From assembly GCA_963666315.2 (NCBI GenBank), contig CAXXHG010000043.1, positions 32,001 through 96,000 on the forward strand: a DNA stretch of 64,000 nt. Direction: 5' to 3'. Positions 48,283-57,894 of this stretch are shown one piece after another. A model generated the notes under the pieces. It did no database searches. It had not been told where the DNA came from and was given only the letters and a program-made list of their open reading frames with translations. Position numbers and translations under genes: made by a program. This DNA is from Candidatus Binatia bacterium. Its GTDB lineage: Bacteria; Desulfobacterota; Binatia; Bin18. Within the stretch, counting starts at the first letter, position 1. Each line of letters begins with the position of its first letter.

Positions 48283-48348
48283 CAACTTTTACCTGTCACA
48301 CCCCAAACTGTCAATAAAATCAAGCAAAAATAGTAAAAATCAAAAAGT

Positions 48349-50799
48349 CTAATGGTACATCTCGACCAGTTCGATCATACCAAGTTGTTTGAGCGCTGAG
48401 AAAAGCCGCCCTTTGACTTCGCGCACAGTGCCCAACAGTAGGATTTCTTGGGTTACGGCCTGGGCTTCAGCATAGGACACCGAACGGATGACACGCTTAA
48501 TAACAGGTACAAAGAAAGCTTCCATGCTGAGTTCATCTAGCCCCATCCCCAGTAAAAGCAAGGTACACAGCGGGTCAGCCGCCATCTCCCCACACAGGCT
48601 CACCCGTTTGCCGGCGCGCTTGGCGGCCTGAACTGTGGTAGCAATCGCCTTCAACACGGCAGGGTGGAGAGGCTCATACAGAGAGGCTACTTTACGGTTA
48701 TTGCGATCAACCGCCAGCAGATATTGAATCAGATCATTCGTACCAATACTAAAGAAGTCCACCTCTTGGGCCAGACGATCCGCTAACCAGACGGCTGCGG
48801 GTACCTCGACCATCATGCCGATCGGCATATAGGGATCAAACGCCTTGCCTTCCTGACGTAACTCATCCTTGGCTTGTTCCAAGAGTTCCTTGACTTGGAG
48901 CAATTCTTCGACTCTGGATATCATGGGGAATAAAATGTGGACCGGCCCATGCACCCCCGCGCGGAGGATAGCCCGCAGTTGGACTTTAAAGAGATCCGCC
49001 ATCTCTAAAGAGATGCGAATGGAGCGCCAGCCTAAGAACGGATTATCTTCTTGGGGAAGCTTCATATAGGAGGGATATTTGTCCGGCCCGAGATCTAAGG
49101 TCCGGATCGTGACCGGTTTCCCCCTCATCCCAGTCAAAACCCGTTGATACAGTGCCAACTGGGCCTCTTCGCTGGGGAAATCGCTATAGGTGAGAAATGG
49201 GACTTCAGTCCGATACAGCCCGATGCCTTCCGCTCCATGACGATGGGCAAAGTCGATGTCGCTCAGCAACCCGACATTGGCCCCCAGAGTGATGCGCACC
49301 TCGTCCAGCGTTTCAGCAGGCAGGTCATGAATCTCTTCGAGATGACGATTAAACGCACGGTACTCACGATCAAAACGACTGTATTCACGCACGACCTCGG
49401 CGCCGGGATTCACGTAGGCTACGCCGGCGCTTCCATCCACGATCACCGCGTCACCTTGTTGAATCAATGCCGCGTGTTCGACGCCAACGACGGTTGGGAT
49501 TTCAAATGATTTCGCAAGAATGGATGTATGCGAGGTAGCCCCTCCGCTGGCCAGCACCACCCCTTTGAGCTGACTGTGATCTACGCGGCACAGGTCAGAC
49601 AGGGACAGTTCGTCAGCAACAAGAATCAGGTTCTCGCCTTTTGGTCCGATTTTCTCCTCAAGGCCGAGCAGATGGCGCAGCACCCGTTGGCCGATATCAC
49701 GCACATCCGTCCCTCGGTCGCGCAGGTGCTCGCTGCCTGCACGCTCCAGCCTTTCGACATAGTCTTCGATCACCTTCTTAAGCGCGGTGTCCGCCGCATA
49801 GTGCTGTCGGATCAGAGCCTCTATTTTTCCGATAAACTGCGGGTCTTCCAGCATCATACGATGGACGTCGAAAATCGCCCGATCAATTTCAGGCAAGCGT
49901 TCCTGCACCCGCTCTTTCAGGGCATCAATCTCTGCGACCGACTGCTCGATAGCCACAGACAGATGTCGGAGTTCTGCATCAGGATCGTCCTGATGGCGCT
50001 CTTCGAGTGCGTCAAGACGCACAGGCGGATGCACCAGATGTGCCTGGCCAGATCCGACTCCGGGCGAAGCACCCACCCCCGTGAGACGCAGACGACTCGT
50101 GCGCCCTTTTGCCTGCGCCTGTTGCTCACGTTTGCGCTCGTACGCGCTGGGCCGCATGATGTCTTCCAGCATACGCGCCTGATAGTCTTGGCGTTCACGT
50201 TCTTTAGCTTCGAGCTTTTCCGGCAGTCGGGCTTGAACAATCACCCCGGCGACCTGGGTCGCAATCGTTTTGAGTAAACGAATCTCCGTGCGGGAAAAAC
50301 GTCGGCGGCTCCGACTCTGGACGACGAGTACGCCGAGTACGTTGCGTTTTTCGATCACGGGCAGACCGAGAAATGAATGGAAGCGTTCCTCCCCGGTCTC
50401 CGGAAAATATTTATTCCGCGCATGCGTCATTGCATCCAGAACTGCAACGTGCTCGCCCAGCTCGACCACGAGCCCAGCCAGGCCCTCATGTTTAGGCATG
50501 CTCACCTTACCGACCGCGGTCTGGTCCAGACCCATCGTCGCCCATAAGGTCAGCCGTTCACCTGTTGTATCTAAGAGGTAGAGAGAACAGACATCCGCGC
50601 CTATCCGCTGCGCAATAATTTTTGTGATGTCCTGGAGCGTGTCTTGCAGATCGTGGGATCGGGACAGCAAAGCAGCTATGTCTGCCAGCAGACGCAGGCC
50701 AACCTGTTGTTCGGAACGGGGTTCCGGCCGTGCGGCGGCTTTCGTCCGCTTTTTCTCAGGGCGCCGCTGCGCCGGAGATGTTTTGGGAGCTCCATCCAT
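48349..50799 (-). CDS. ptsP: GAF-containing PEP-protein phosphotransferase (EI-Ntr)
   Basis: N-terminal GAF, GGATSHTSILA (phospho-His), GLYRTE, EDNPFLGWR, SIGTNDL.QY, CGEMA. Confidence 0.95.
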   Translation of the reverse strand: MDGAPKTSPAQRRPEKKRTKAAARPEPRSEQQVGLRLLADIAALLSRSHDLQDTLQDITKIIAQRIGADVCSLYLLDTTGERLTLWATMGLDQTAVGKVSMPKHEGLAGLVVELGEHVAVLDAMTHARNKYFPETGEERFHSFLGLPVIEKRNVLGVLVVQSRSRRRFSRTEIRLLKTIATQVAGVIVQARLPEKLEAKERERQDYQARMLEDIMRPSAYERKREQQAQAKGRTSRLRLTGVGASPGVGSGQAHLVHPPVRLDALEERHQDDPDAELRHLSVAIEQSVAEIDALKERVQERLPEIDRAIFDVHRMMLEDPQFIGKIEALIRQHYAADTALKKVIEDYVERLERAGSEHLRDRGTDVRDIGQRVLRHLLGLEEKIGPKGENLILVADELSLSDLCRVDHSQLKGVVLASGGATSHTSILAKSFEIPTVVGVEHAALIQQGDAVIVDGSAGVAYVNPGAEVVREYSRFDREYRAFNRHLEEIHDLPAETLDEVRITLGANVGLLSDIDFAHRHGAEGIGLYRTEVPFLTYSDFPSEEAQLALYQRVLTGMRGKPVTIRTLDLGPDKYPSYMKLPQEDNPFLGWRSIRISLEMADLFKVQLRAILRAGVHGPVHILFPMISRVEELLQVKELLEQAKDELRQEGKAFDPYMPIGMMVEVPAAVWLADRLAQEVDFFSIGTNDLIQYLLAVDRNNRKVASLYEPLHPAVLKAIATTVQAAKRAGKRVSLCGEMAADPLCTLLLLGMGLDELSMEAFFVPVIKRVIRSVSYAEAQAVTQEILLLGTVREVKGRLFSALKQLGMIELVEMYH

Positions 50800-50930
50800 A
50801 GAATATGCCGCGCGTATTGTATCTGAGGCCCCGGCAGGCCACAAGGCGCGAATATGAGGCGCAAGGCAGGAATGATCACCTTATTGTGCTAAATCAAGCC
50901 AAATCAACCAGAACCACTAGATTGGGCAAA

Positions 50931-51740
50931 TCACAAATCAACTTGATGATTGAGCGGAGCATGCCCCTGCCCGATTCGAAACCCGGCGGTAATCGCGCGG
51001 GTCACAAAATCCTTTGCTTGAGCGACGGCGTCCTCCACCGCTGCTCCTTTGGCGAGCTCGGCCGTAATCGCTGCGGAGAAAGTACACCCAGCACCGTGGG
51101 TACATACCGTTTCTATTTTCCGGCACGAATACGTGCGAAAGACCGTCCCATCAAAAAGCAGGTCACAGGCCTCTTCTTCGAGATGACCGCCCTTGATGAC
51201 GACATACGCAGGGCCTAAGGCTTTAATCCGACGAGCCGCCTCTTCCATACTCGGACGATCATGGACATCCATTTCAGCAAGCAGTCCCGCTTCAAACAGG
51301 TTTGGTGTCACAATAAGCGCGAGAGGGAGTAATTTCTCGGTCAGCGCTTGCCGAGCCTCTTCGCGCAGCAAGGCCTGGCCCCCTTTTGCAACCATGACGG
51401 GATCGACGACGAGCTGACGGACGGCATACTCCTGGACCTTCCGACTCACTATGTCCACAAGCGGAATTGAGGCCAGCATGCCGGTCTTCGCCGCATGAGT
51501 TTGGATATCGCTGAGGACACTGTCAAACTCTTGGCCGACAAAGTCAGGCGCGAGTTCTACGACAGACTGGACTCCGAGCGTATTTTGGGCCGTGACTGCG
51601 GTCAGCACACTCATCCCGTAGACCCCACGAGCCATAAAAGTCTTGAGGTCGGCTTGGATGCCGGCCCCCCCGCCACTATCGGATCCCGCAATGGTTAAGG
51701 CTTTTGGTGGTATCGGCATCGTCGTGTCTCCGAGTTTCAT
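50931..51740 (-). CDS. thiD: HMP/HMP-P kinase
   Basis: [44 protein letters not shown]. Confidence 0.95.
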   Translation of the reverse strand: MKLGDTTMPIPPKALTIAGSDSGGGAGIQADLKTFMARGVYGMSVLTAVTAQNTLGVQSVVELAPDFVGQEFDSVLSDIQTHAAKTGMLASIPLVDIVSRKVQEYAVRQLVVDPVMVAKGGQALLREEARQALTEKLLPLALIVTPNLFEAGLLAEMDVHDRPSMEEAARRIKALGPAYVVIKGGHLEEEACDLLFDGTVFRTYSCRKIETVCTHGAGCTFSAAITAELAKGAAVEDAVAQAKDFVTRAITAGFRIGQGHAPLNHQVDL

Positions 51741-51744
51741 GGTC

Positions 51745-52422
51745 TTATGGAAACAGCTGCATCTGACCGGTGTTCAGGCCCTGACCCGTCTGATAGTGCC
51801 CGGCCTTTAATTCGTCGATCAGCTCACGCGTCGTCGCAATGGACCGTTCAAAGACGGTCACTGCACAACCAATCGAGGCGGCCGAGTGGCTATCACTCCC
51901 CCCAACCCGTTTGCATCCGACAAGCTCGGCAACCGCTTGGGCGTAGCGGTTTTCCTCTTCTGAGCAGCCTCCGTTGACGACTTCGATGGCGTCAACATAC
52001 TCCAACACCTCAAGCGCCCTACTGCCCGATTGCGGATCGTCTAGGTCTATGGGCGGAGTTTTGTGGATGAACTGAAACCGCGGATCAAGCTTGTAGCGAA
52101 ACGGATGATTGGCAATCAAAAAGCCATCGACGTCGTCGATGATGCGACGCAGTTCTTTGACCTTATACATACCACCAATATAGCGATCGAGGCCAAAGGT
52201 CCCCACATGGCCCCATTCCGTCGTAACTTCAATGCCGAGAAACAAAGTGACCCCACGTTCACGCGCATAATCCTCGATTTCCGCATCCATCCAGGCGTTA
52301 TCGTGTTCTGTGATGCAAATGCCCTCCAGGCCGACTTTCTGAGCCTGATCAATCATGGCAAAGGGATCCAGGTTACTGTCAGAGCTGCCGCGGGTGGTGT
52401 GAACGTGGAAATCAATACGCAT
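51745..52422 (-). CDS. PHP-domain metallohydrolase
   Basis: DFHVHT, ITEH, NHP, GGSDSH. Confidence 0.85.
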   Translation of the reverse strand: MRIDFHVHTTRGSSDSNLDPFAMIDQAQKVGLEGICITEHDNAWMDAEIEDYARERGVTLFLGIEVTTEWGHVGTFGLDRYIGGMYKVKELRRIIDDVDGFLIANHPFRYKLDPRFQFIHKTPPIDLDDPQSGSRALEVLEYVDAIEVVNGGCSEEENRYAQAVAELVGCKRVGGSDSHSAASIGCAVTVFERSIATTRELIDELKAGHYQTGQGLNTGQMQLFP

Positions 52423-52604
52423 GGTTGTATATGCTCCCGTGTTTCGTAAACCGCTTCTCTATACCGCCTTCTGTATGACTGGGCAAGAGTGAATGGAGTG
52501 AACGTTCGTTCAGAATGCCTGCTCGCACCAATGCACTTCCTTTGTTCTGAGCCCGGCCTGTGTTACAATCCGCTCACCTCAGGCATTCCGTAGGTGGGGA
52601 AGCT

Positions 52605-53822
52605 ATGAATAGACCATTAGACGGAGTCCGCATCATAGACTGGACAATTTGGCAGCAGGGGCCCGTATCAACCATGATGTTGGCTGACTTGGGCGCCGAA
52701 GTCATCAAGATCGAAGAGCGCGTTGGAGGCGACCCAGGCCGCGGGGTCCTCAGCATTGCTGGGGCATTGGTGGGAGCGACGAGCGGCCCCAATTTTTATT
52801 TCGAGGCCAACAATCGGCATAAGAAAAGTCTGACCCTTGATCTCAAAAAATCTGAGGCAAAAGAAATTATCTACAAATTGATCGAAAAATCGGATGTCTT
52901 TGTCCAGAATTTTCGCAAGGGCGTAGGGGCAAGACTCGGCCTCGATTATCAGACTTTTACCAAATACAACCCCAGAATAATCTACGCCAGTGCGAGTGGC
53001 TACGGCCCGTTTGGGCCAGATTCTGGCGAGCCATCGTTTGACTATCTGGGTTTGGCCCGCTCGGGCATCATGACCGCAGTTGGTGAGCCCGATATGGAAC
53101 CACTCAGCATTGCTGGCGGCATCGCCGATCAGATGGGCGCTATCATGCTGGCCTATGGTATCCTGGCAGCCCTCCTCGCCCGCGACAAATACGGCGTGGG
53201 CCAAGAAGTCGATACCTCCCATCTTGGCAGCATGACCGCGCTGCAGGGACTCAACGTGGCGTGTAAAACAATCTTAGGCAAAGAGTTTAAACGCATGCCA
53301 CGTGCAGCCGCACCCAGCCCACTATGGAACCATTACAAATGCGGGGATGGCAAGTGGATCTGTCTGGCCATGCCTCAACAGGATCGCTACTGGTCGGATT
53401 TCTGCAAAGTCCTGGGTGTTGAGCACGTCCTAGACGACGCACGCTTTGCGACCATGGACAGTCGGGCTGAGAACGCAAGAGACCTGATTCTTATTCTGGA
53501 CGCGGCATTTGCCTCCCAGCCTCGGGATACATGGATGAAAGCGCTCAAGGAGGGCGGAGATTTCATCTACACTATCGTGAACACTATCGCTGACCTGCTC
53601 AATGATGAACAGATGGCCGCCAACGAGTATATCGTCGATTACGACCATCCACGCCTCGGGAAGACCCAGGTTGTGGGCGTGCCCGTGCGCTTGAGTAAAA
53701 CGCCAGGCGACCCTAAAGGGGCGGCCCCGGAATTTGGCGAACACACGGAACTCGTGCTCACTGAACTGCTCGATTATTCGTGGGAAGACGTAGCCAAGCT
53801 CAGAGAAGGGGAAGTGATTTAA
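52605..53822 (+). CDS. Class III CoA-transferase (CaiB/BaiF)
   Basis: PLDGVRIID, LADLGAEVIKIE, NNRHKKSLTLDLK, VQNFR, SGYG..GP. Confidence 0.92.
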   Translation: MNRPLDGVRIIDWTIWQQGPVSTMMLADLGAEVIKIEERVGGDPGRGVLSIAGALVGATSGPNFYFEANNRHKKSLTLDLKKSEAKEIIYKLIEKSDVFVQNFRKGVGARLGLDYQTFTKYNPRIIYASASGYGPFGPDSGEPSFDYLGLARSGIMTAVGEPDMEPLSIAGGIADQMGAIMLAYGILAALLARDKYGVGQEVDTSHLGSMTALQGLNVACKTILGKEFKRMPRAAAPSPLWNHYKCGDGKWICLAMPQQDRYWSDFCKVLGVEHVLDDARFATMDSRAENARDLILILDAAFASQPRDTWMKALKEGGDFIYTIVNTIADLLNDEQMAANEYIVDYDHPRLGKTQVVGVPVRLSKTPGDPKGAAPEFGEHTELVLTELLDYSWEDVAKLREGEVI

Positions 53823-53830
53823 TACGGGAA

Positions 53831-53918
53831 TTGGGGGATAGGGATTAGGGGTTCGGAGTAAGAAGGCAAATTCTTCTTACCTTTCCACAGACCCCAACCC
53901 CTACTCCCTATCCCCTAG
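53831..53918. repeat. Long inverted repeat built from heptamer-like units
   Basis: TTGGGGGATAGGGATTAGGGGTT pairs with AACCCCTACTCCCTATCCCCTAG. Confidence 0.6.
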
Positions 53919-53929
53919 CGTGCAGCGCT

Positions 53930-54847
53930 ATGGTTCATTCCTTCACCATCAGCCCCCAAGCGCCCTATTCTTTTGATCTGACTGTCGCCCGTTTCCTACG
54001 ATTTGACACCGAACTCATCGATCTCGTTGACGGCAATCGCTATCGGCGTTTGTTAGCAATAGGCAGACAATTAGCCCTGGCGACGGTCACGAATACAGGC
54101 ACGGTTGCAAAACCACAGCTTCACGTCGCACTGACGGGGCCACCACAGACCGATCTCAAACGGCCGGAGTTTGCAGTCCAACTCCGCCACATTCTGTGTA
54201 CCGATTTCGATCTCAAGCCGTTCTATCGGCTGGCCCGTAAAGACGATCTTCTGGCGCAGTGTGCTGCACGATTTCGAGGACTGCGTATCACATCTAGTCC
54301 GACTCTGTTTGAAGCGTTAGTGGTGGCCGTCCTGGCACAGCAGGTGAATCTCACTTTTGCCTATTCGATCAAAAAGGAACTGGTTGAAACCTTGGGCCGA
54401 AAGTGGCGCTATCAAGGACAGACGTTTTGCGCTTTTCCGGAGCCTCGACGTTTTGCCCAAGAGACCCAAGACAGCCTGCGTCGGTTTCGTTTGAGCGGAG
54501 CAAAGGCCGGAACCCTCGTCCGCCTCGGTCTAGCGTTTGCTTCCGGAGCGTTGAAGCAGAGCGACATTGCTCAACTGCCGGATGAAGCGGCCATTGAACA
54601 ACTCACTCAAATAAAGGGCATAGGCCGTTGGTCAGCAGAGACCGCGCTCATGCGCGGCCTGGCCCGGACTGATGCTTTTCCGGGTGGCGATCTCGGTGTG
54701 GTCAAATATCTGGCTCAAGGCATGCTGGGCAAAAAGGAAAAAGCTACCGAATCCGAGATGCGCAACTTTGCCGAGCGCTGGCGTCCTTACCGCGGGCTGG
54801 CGTTGGTCTACTGTTATGCAGAGCTGAGCCGACGACAGGCCAAGTAA
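53930..54847 (+). CDS. alkA: DNA-3-methyladenine glycosylase II (AlkA, HhH-GPD)
   Basis: LFEALV.AVLAQQV, AFPEP, IKGIGRWSAE, FP.GDLG, WRPYRG. Confidence 0.88.
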   Translation: MVHSFTISPQAPYSFDLTVARFLRFDTELIDLVDGNRYRRLLAIGRQLALATVTNTGTVAKPQLHVALTGPPQTDLKRPEFAVQLRHILCTDFDLKPFYRLARKDDLLAQCAARFRGLRITSSPTLFEALVVAVLAQQVNLTFAYSIKKELVETLGRKWRYQGQTFCAFPEPRRFAQETQDSLRRFRLSGAKAGTLVRLGLAFASGALKQSDIAQLPDEAAIEQLTQIKGIGRWSAETALMRGLARTDAFPGGDLGVVKYLAQGMLGKKEKATESEMRNFAERWRPYRGLALVYCYAELSRRQAK

Positions 54848-54857
54848 TGACAGTGTG

Positions 54858-55047
54858 TAGTGCCGCGTCTACGCTGAAGTTGTGCATGCCGGTGCGTTTA
54901 TGCTTCGACGGGGCTCAGCATGAACGGGCCTTATCTGCCACCTCTTTTTCCGTTTGCTCTGAGCTTGTCGAACCCTGTCCTGAGCAAGGCCGAAAGGGGG
55001 AGACGACGACAACACAACTCACAGTTTCGACTCGGATACGGCAATAG
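54858..55047. repeat. MITE-like element with nested REP-like palindromes
   Basis: Outer IR TAGTGCCGCGTC / GATACGGCAATA. Inner pair TTCGACGGGGCTCAGCATGAACGG / CCGTTTGCTCTGAGCTTGTCGAA, plus a third CCTGAGC...CGAA unit. Confidence 0.6.
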
Positions 55048-55055
55048 ACTACGCT

Positions 55056-55382
55056 TTACTCGTTGCCCGGCGTAAACCGCAAGATATCGAACCCATCGAC
55101 CACACAAGGTTGACCGTATAACTCGGCTGCTGGAGCAATCTCGGCTAAGGACAAGGTCAGATAAAATAAGCGCTCGGTCTGTGGGGGGACAGTGTCCAGC
55201 GAGAACTGTTCCAAATAGGGTAGGATCGCTTCCATCCGAGCCAGCATGGCGTCATAAAACGCCTTGATCTCTGCCATCGTACTGGACTGCCGTTTAGCGC
55301 TGCGTTCACCTTCGGTTGCCAACGACCAAACCAGCCAAGGCTCAAGGTCTCGAAAGGCTGCAGGCAGATGCGGTTCCGGCAT
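55056..55382 (-). CDS. Small helical protein encoded directly after the Rieske oxygenase (function unknown)
   Basis: 108 aa, LP..F.DLEP...WSL.TE.ER..KR..STM.EI.AFYDA; starts 4 nt after the oxygenase stop. Confidence 0.75.
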   Translation of the reverse strand: MPEPHLPAAFRDLEPWLVWSLATEGERSAKRQSSTMAEIKAFYDAMLARMEAILPYLEQFSLDTVPPQTERLFYLTLSLAEIAPAAELYGQPCVVDGFDILRFTPGNE

Positions 55383-55386
55383 AGAC

Positions 55387-56637
55387 TTAACCCGCTCTTC
55401 CAATGGTTTTGCCGTCGCTGCCTGTAATCATATTGAGGACCACGTTATGGCTATGCCGCACGAGGAGTTCGTAATCTTGGAGGAGAAACTCTTTCTTGGC
55501 ACCGGAGGACAGGACTGACTGGGTTTCCTCTACCGTTCTGGCGTCCTCTAGAAAGATATCGCGAAAAATAACCCTGCTGTATTCTTGGCTAAAGCGCTGC
55601 GCAAGATTCTTTCCTTTGGGGAAATAGGTAGTCGATTCCCAAATCGTGCGGTCAACAGCCAAGGGCCAAAACTGATGGGTAAAATACGTGCCTTCCGAGA
55701 CAACGACAAAGAAGGCCGGAAAGATGACATGCAGTTCGAATGACCAGTCTGTGCTCCGCGTAGGATTGACCCCGACGGGCAGCGTATTTTCGGAAAAACC
55801 GCTCCGAACGAGGATAGAACCATGCTTATAGGACAACGCCTGGACTGGACTCGGCTGGTGGGCCGCGTTGCCGAACAAAGACGCCCGACCATGGCGGGGG
55901 AAGAGTTTCATATCCAGCATATGGGTATACGGGTTGTCGCTACTGACAAACGCATCGGGCAACGACCGCTTGTGCAGACAACCTACATGGTAGACTTCCT
56001 GAAACGAATCCTTGACGATTTTCCAGTTGGCCTGGACTTCGGCCCGCCACGAGAAGGCCGTAGCCGAACTCTCAGCAAAGGGATAGCCGGCTAGATCGGT
56101 TGCCAACTCGCCCAAATATTCTTGGAGTGTTTCTTGTGGGTTGGGATCGACATTGACAAAAACAAATCCTGCCCAGACATCCACATGGACTGGGGTGAGG
56201 CCCAAGCAGTCCTTTTTCAGATCAAAAAAGCTTGCTTCGTCCGGCACAAACTTCAGCCCGCCGTCCAAGCCATACATCCAGCCGTGAAACTTGCAGGTGA
56301 AGGCTGAAGCACTGCCGTGCTGGTTCCAGACCACTTTATTACCCCGATGGGAACATATGTTATGGAAGGCTCGAATCTGGCCATCTTTGCCACGAACGAC
56401 AATTACAGAGGTGTTACAAACGCCGATGTCTTTGACGAAATAATCGCCTGGCTTGGAAAGCTGCTCGACGCGACAGACGTTCAGCCAGACCTTACGAAAA
56501 ATATGTTCCCGCTCCAGTGCGAACTGCTCCGCTGAGGTAAAGACCTCAAGCGGGAGCGGGCCCGTCCCCAGCTCAGGATAGTGGTCATGCCATTTTCTCC
56601 CATTAGTCCTTGGGGCGGCAGTTTCGACACCAGCCAT
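55387..56637 (-). CDS. Rieske non-heme iron oxygenase, alpha subunit
   Basis: CSH-x17-CKFH Rieske motif, NWK...D.F.E.YH...LH and ED mononuclear iron ligands; GGAGG RBS. Confidence 0.92.
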   Translation of the reverse strand: MAGVETAAPRTNGRKWHDHYPELGTGPLPLEVFTSAEQFALEREHIFRKVWLNVCRVEQLSKPGDYFVKDIGVCNTSVIVVRGKDGQIRAFHNICSHRGNKVVWNQHGSASAFTCKFHGWMYGLDGGLKFVPDEASFFDLKKDCLGLTPVHVDVWAGFVFVNVDPNPQETLQEYLGELATDLAGYPFAESSATAFSWRAEVQANWKIVKDSFQEVYHVGCLHKRSLPDAFVSSDNPYTHMLDMKLFPRHGRASLFGNAAHQPSPVQALSYKHGSILVRSGFSENTLPVGVNPTRSTDWSFELHVIFPAFFVVVSEGTYFTHQFWPLAVDRTIWESTTYFPKGKNLAQRFSQEYSRVIFRDIFLEDARTVEETQSVLSSGAKKEFLLQDYELLVRHSHNVVLNMITGSDGKTIGRAG

Positions 56638-56924
56638 CAAATCCCCTCCAGTATCAGCAGTCTGGACAAAAACCTTACCCGTGTCAACATAGCAGTATCT
56701 GAACAAAACTGACTAGTGTGAGACGAACTCCGGCATGACTTCCTTGACTGAGGATAGTGGTCATGCCATTTTCTCCCATTAGTCCTTGGGGCGGCAGTTT
56801 CGACACCAGCCATCAAATCCCCTCCAGTATCAGCAGTCTGGACAAAAACCTTACCCGTGTCAACATAGCAGTATCTGAACAAAACTGACTAGTGTGAGAC
56901 GAACTCCGGCATGACTTCCTTGAC
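56575..56924. repeat. Tandem duplication of 174 bp (period 176), identical by eye
   Basis: 56575-56748 matches 56751-56924, separated by TG. Confidence 0.92.
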
Positions 56925-57872
56925 GAACAGATCCTGGGATTCTACTGACATTGGAATGACAATATGGTAGGTGATGCCCGTGTCTTCTATGCGCGCGCTA
57001 AGATCACGCTTGACCTCGTCCGGCGTGCCCATCAAAAGCAACGGCGAGCGGCGCGCGGTCTCCAGATCAGGGAAGGCCAAGCTGGACGCCGTCTGGCCCA
57101 GCGCGGGGTCTTTGGGATCGCGCGACAAACTCAGTAGTGTCATCCCACCAAGCTCGATCTGGTGCGGATCGCGTCCCGCGTCCCGCGCGTATCCGTGCAA
57201 CATGCCAATACGCCGTTTGAGCTGTGCCATGTCGAATTTCACGGCCATGACCGGGTCGTTCACAAAGTCCTTCCCATTAAAGATAGGCGGGATGATATTC
57301 AGGATGTCGGCTTCCCTTGCCGCGATTTTGAGCAGCCCGCTGCCAGAGCCACCCAGCATGAGGGGCGGGTAGGGCTGCTGCACTGGCCGCGGATGATTAT
57401 AGGCCTTATCGATCGAGAAATACTGGCCGTGAAACGTCGGCTCCTCCTGCGTCCACATGGCTTTGAGTACCTGGATAACCTCGGCCAGTTGCGCCAGGCG
57501 TTCCGCGTTAGAGGGATAAGGATAGCCGTGCGCCTCGTATTCCGCCTGTTGCCAGCCTGCTCCCAGGCCAAGGACTAGCCGCCCACTACTGACGTGATCG
57601 AGCGTGGAAGTGATTTTGGCGAGCAAGGGCGGCGGACGAAACGAGACAGCCGTAACCGAGGGAGTCAGGCGGATCCGGCTCGTCACAGCGGCAATCGCGG
57701 TCAGAGTCGTAAAGCACTCCAATTGAGGCGTTTGCGGCGGGCCCATCGGCGTATAGAAGTGATCGTTAATCGATACTGAGTAAAAGCCCTCGCTTTCGGC
57801 GCGCAGCGCGGCGCACTTTGCGGCTGCAAAATCGCCAGTGGGCAAGAATAAACCAAACTTAACGTCGTACAT
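56889..57872 (-). CDS. LLM-class F420-dependent oxidoreductase
   Basis: AESEGFYSVSINDH, FRPPPLLAK...LD.VS.GRL.LGLGAGW...EY, F.GQYF, PRPVQ.P.PP.MLGG.G. Confidence 0.9.
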   Translation of the reverse strand: MYDVKFGLFLPTGDFAAAKCAALRAESEGFYSVSINDHFYTPMGPPQTPQLECFTTLTAIAAVTSRIRLTPSVTAVSFRPPPLLAKITSTLDHVSSGRLVLGLGAGWQQAEYEAHGYPYPSNAERLAQLAEVIQVLKAMWTQEEPTFHGQYFSIDKAYNHPRPVQQPYPPLMLGGSGSGLLKIAAREADILNIIPPIFNGKDFVNDPVMAVKFDMAQLKRRIGMLHGYARDAGRDPHQIELGGMTLLSLSRDPKDPALGQTASSLAFPDLETARRSPLLLMGTPDEVKRDLSARIEDTGITYHIVIPMSVESQDLFVKEVMPEFVSH

Positions 57873-57894
57873 CGACTGCTCCTCCTCGTTCCTC

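Noticed and set aside
56575-56924. Possible CRISPR array or IS ends
   Set aside because: Only two long adjacent copies of genic/intergenic sequence, with no spacers, cas genes or transposase.
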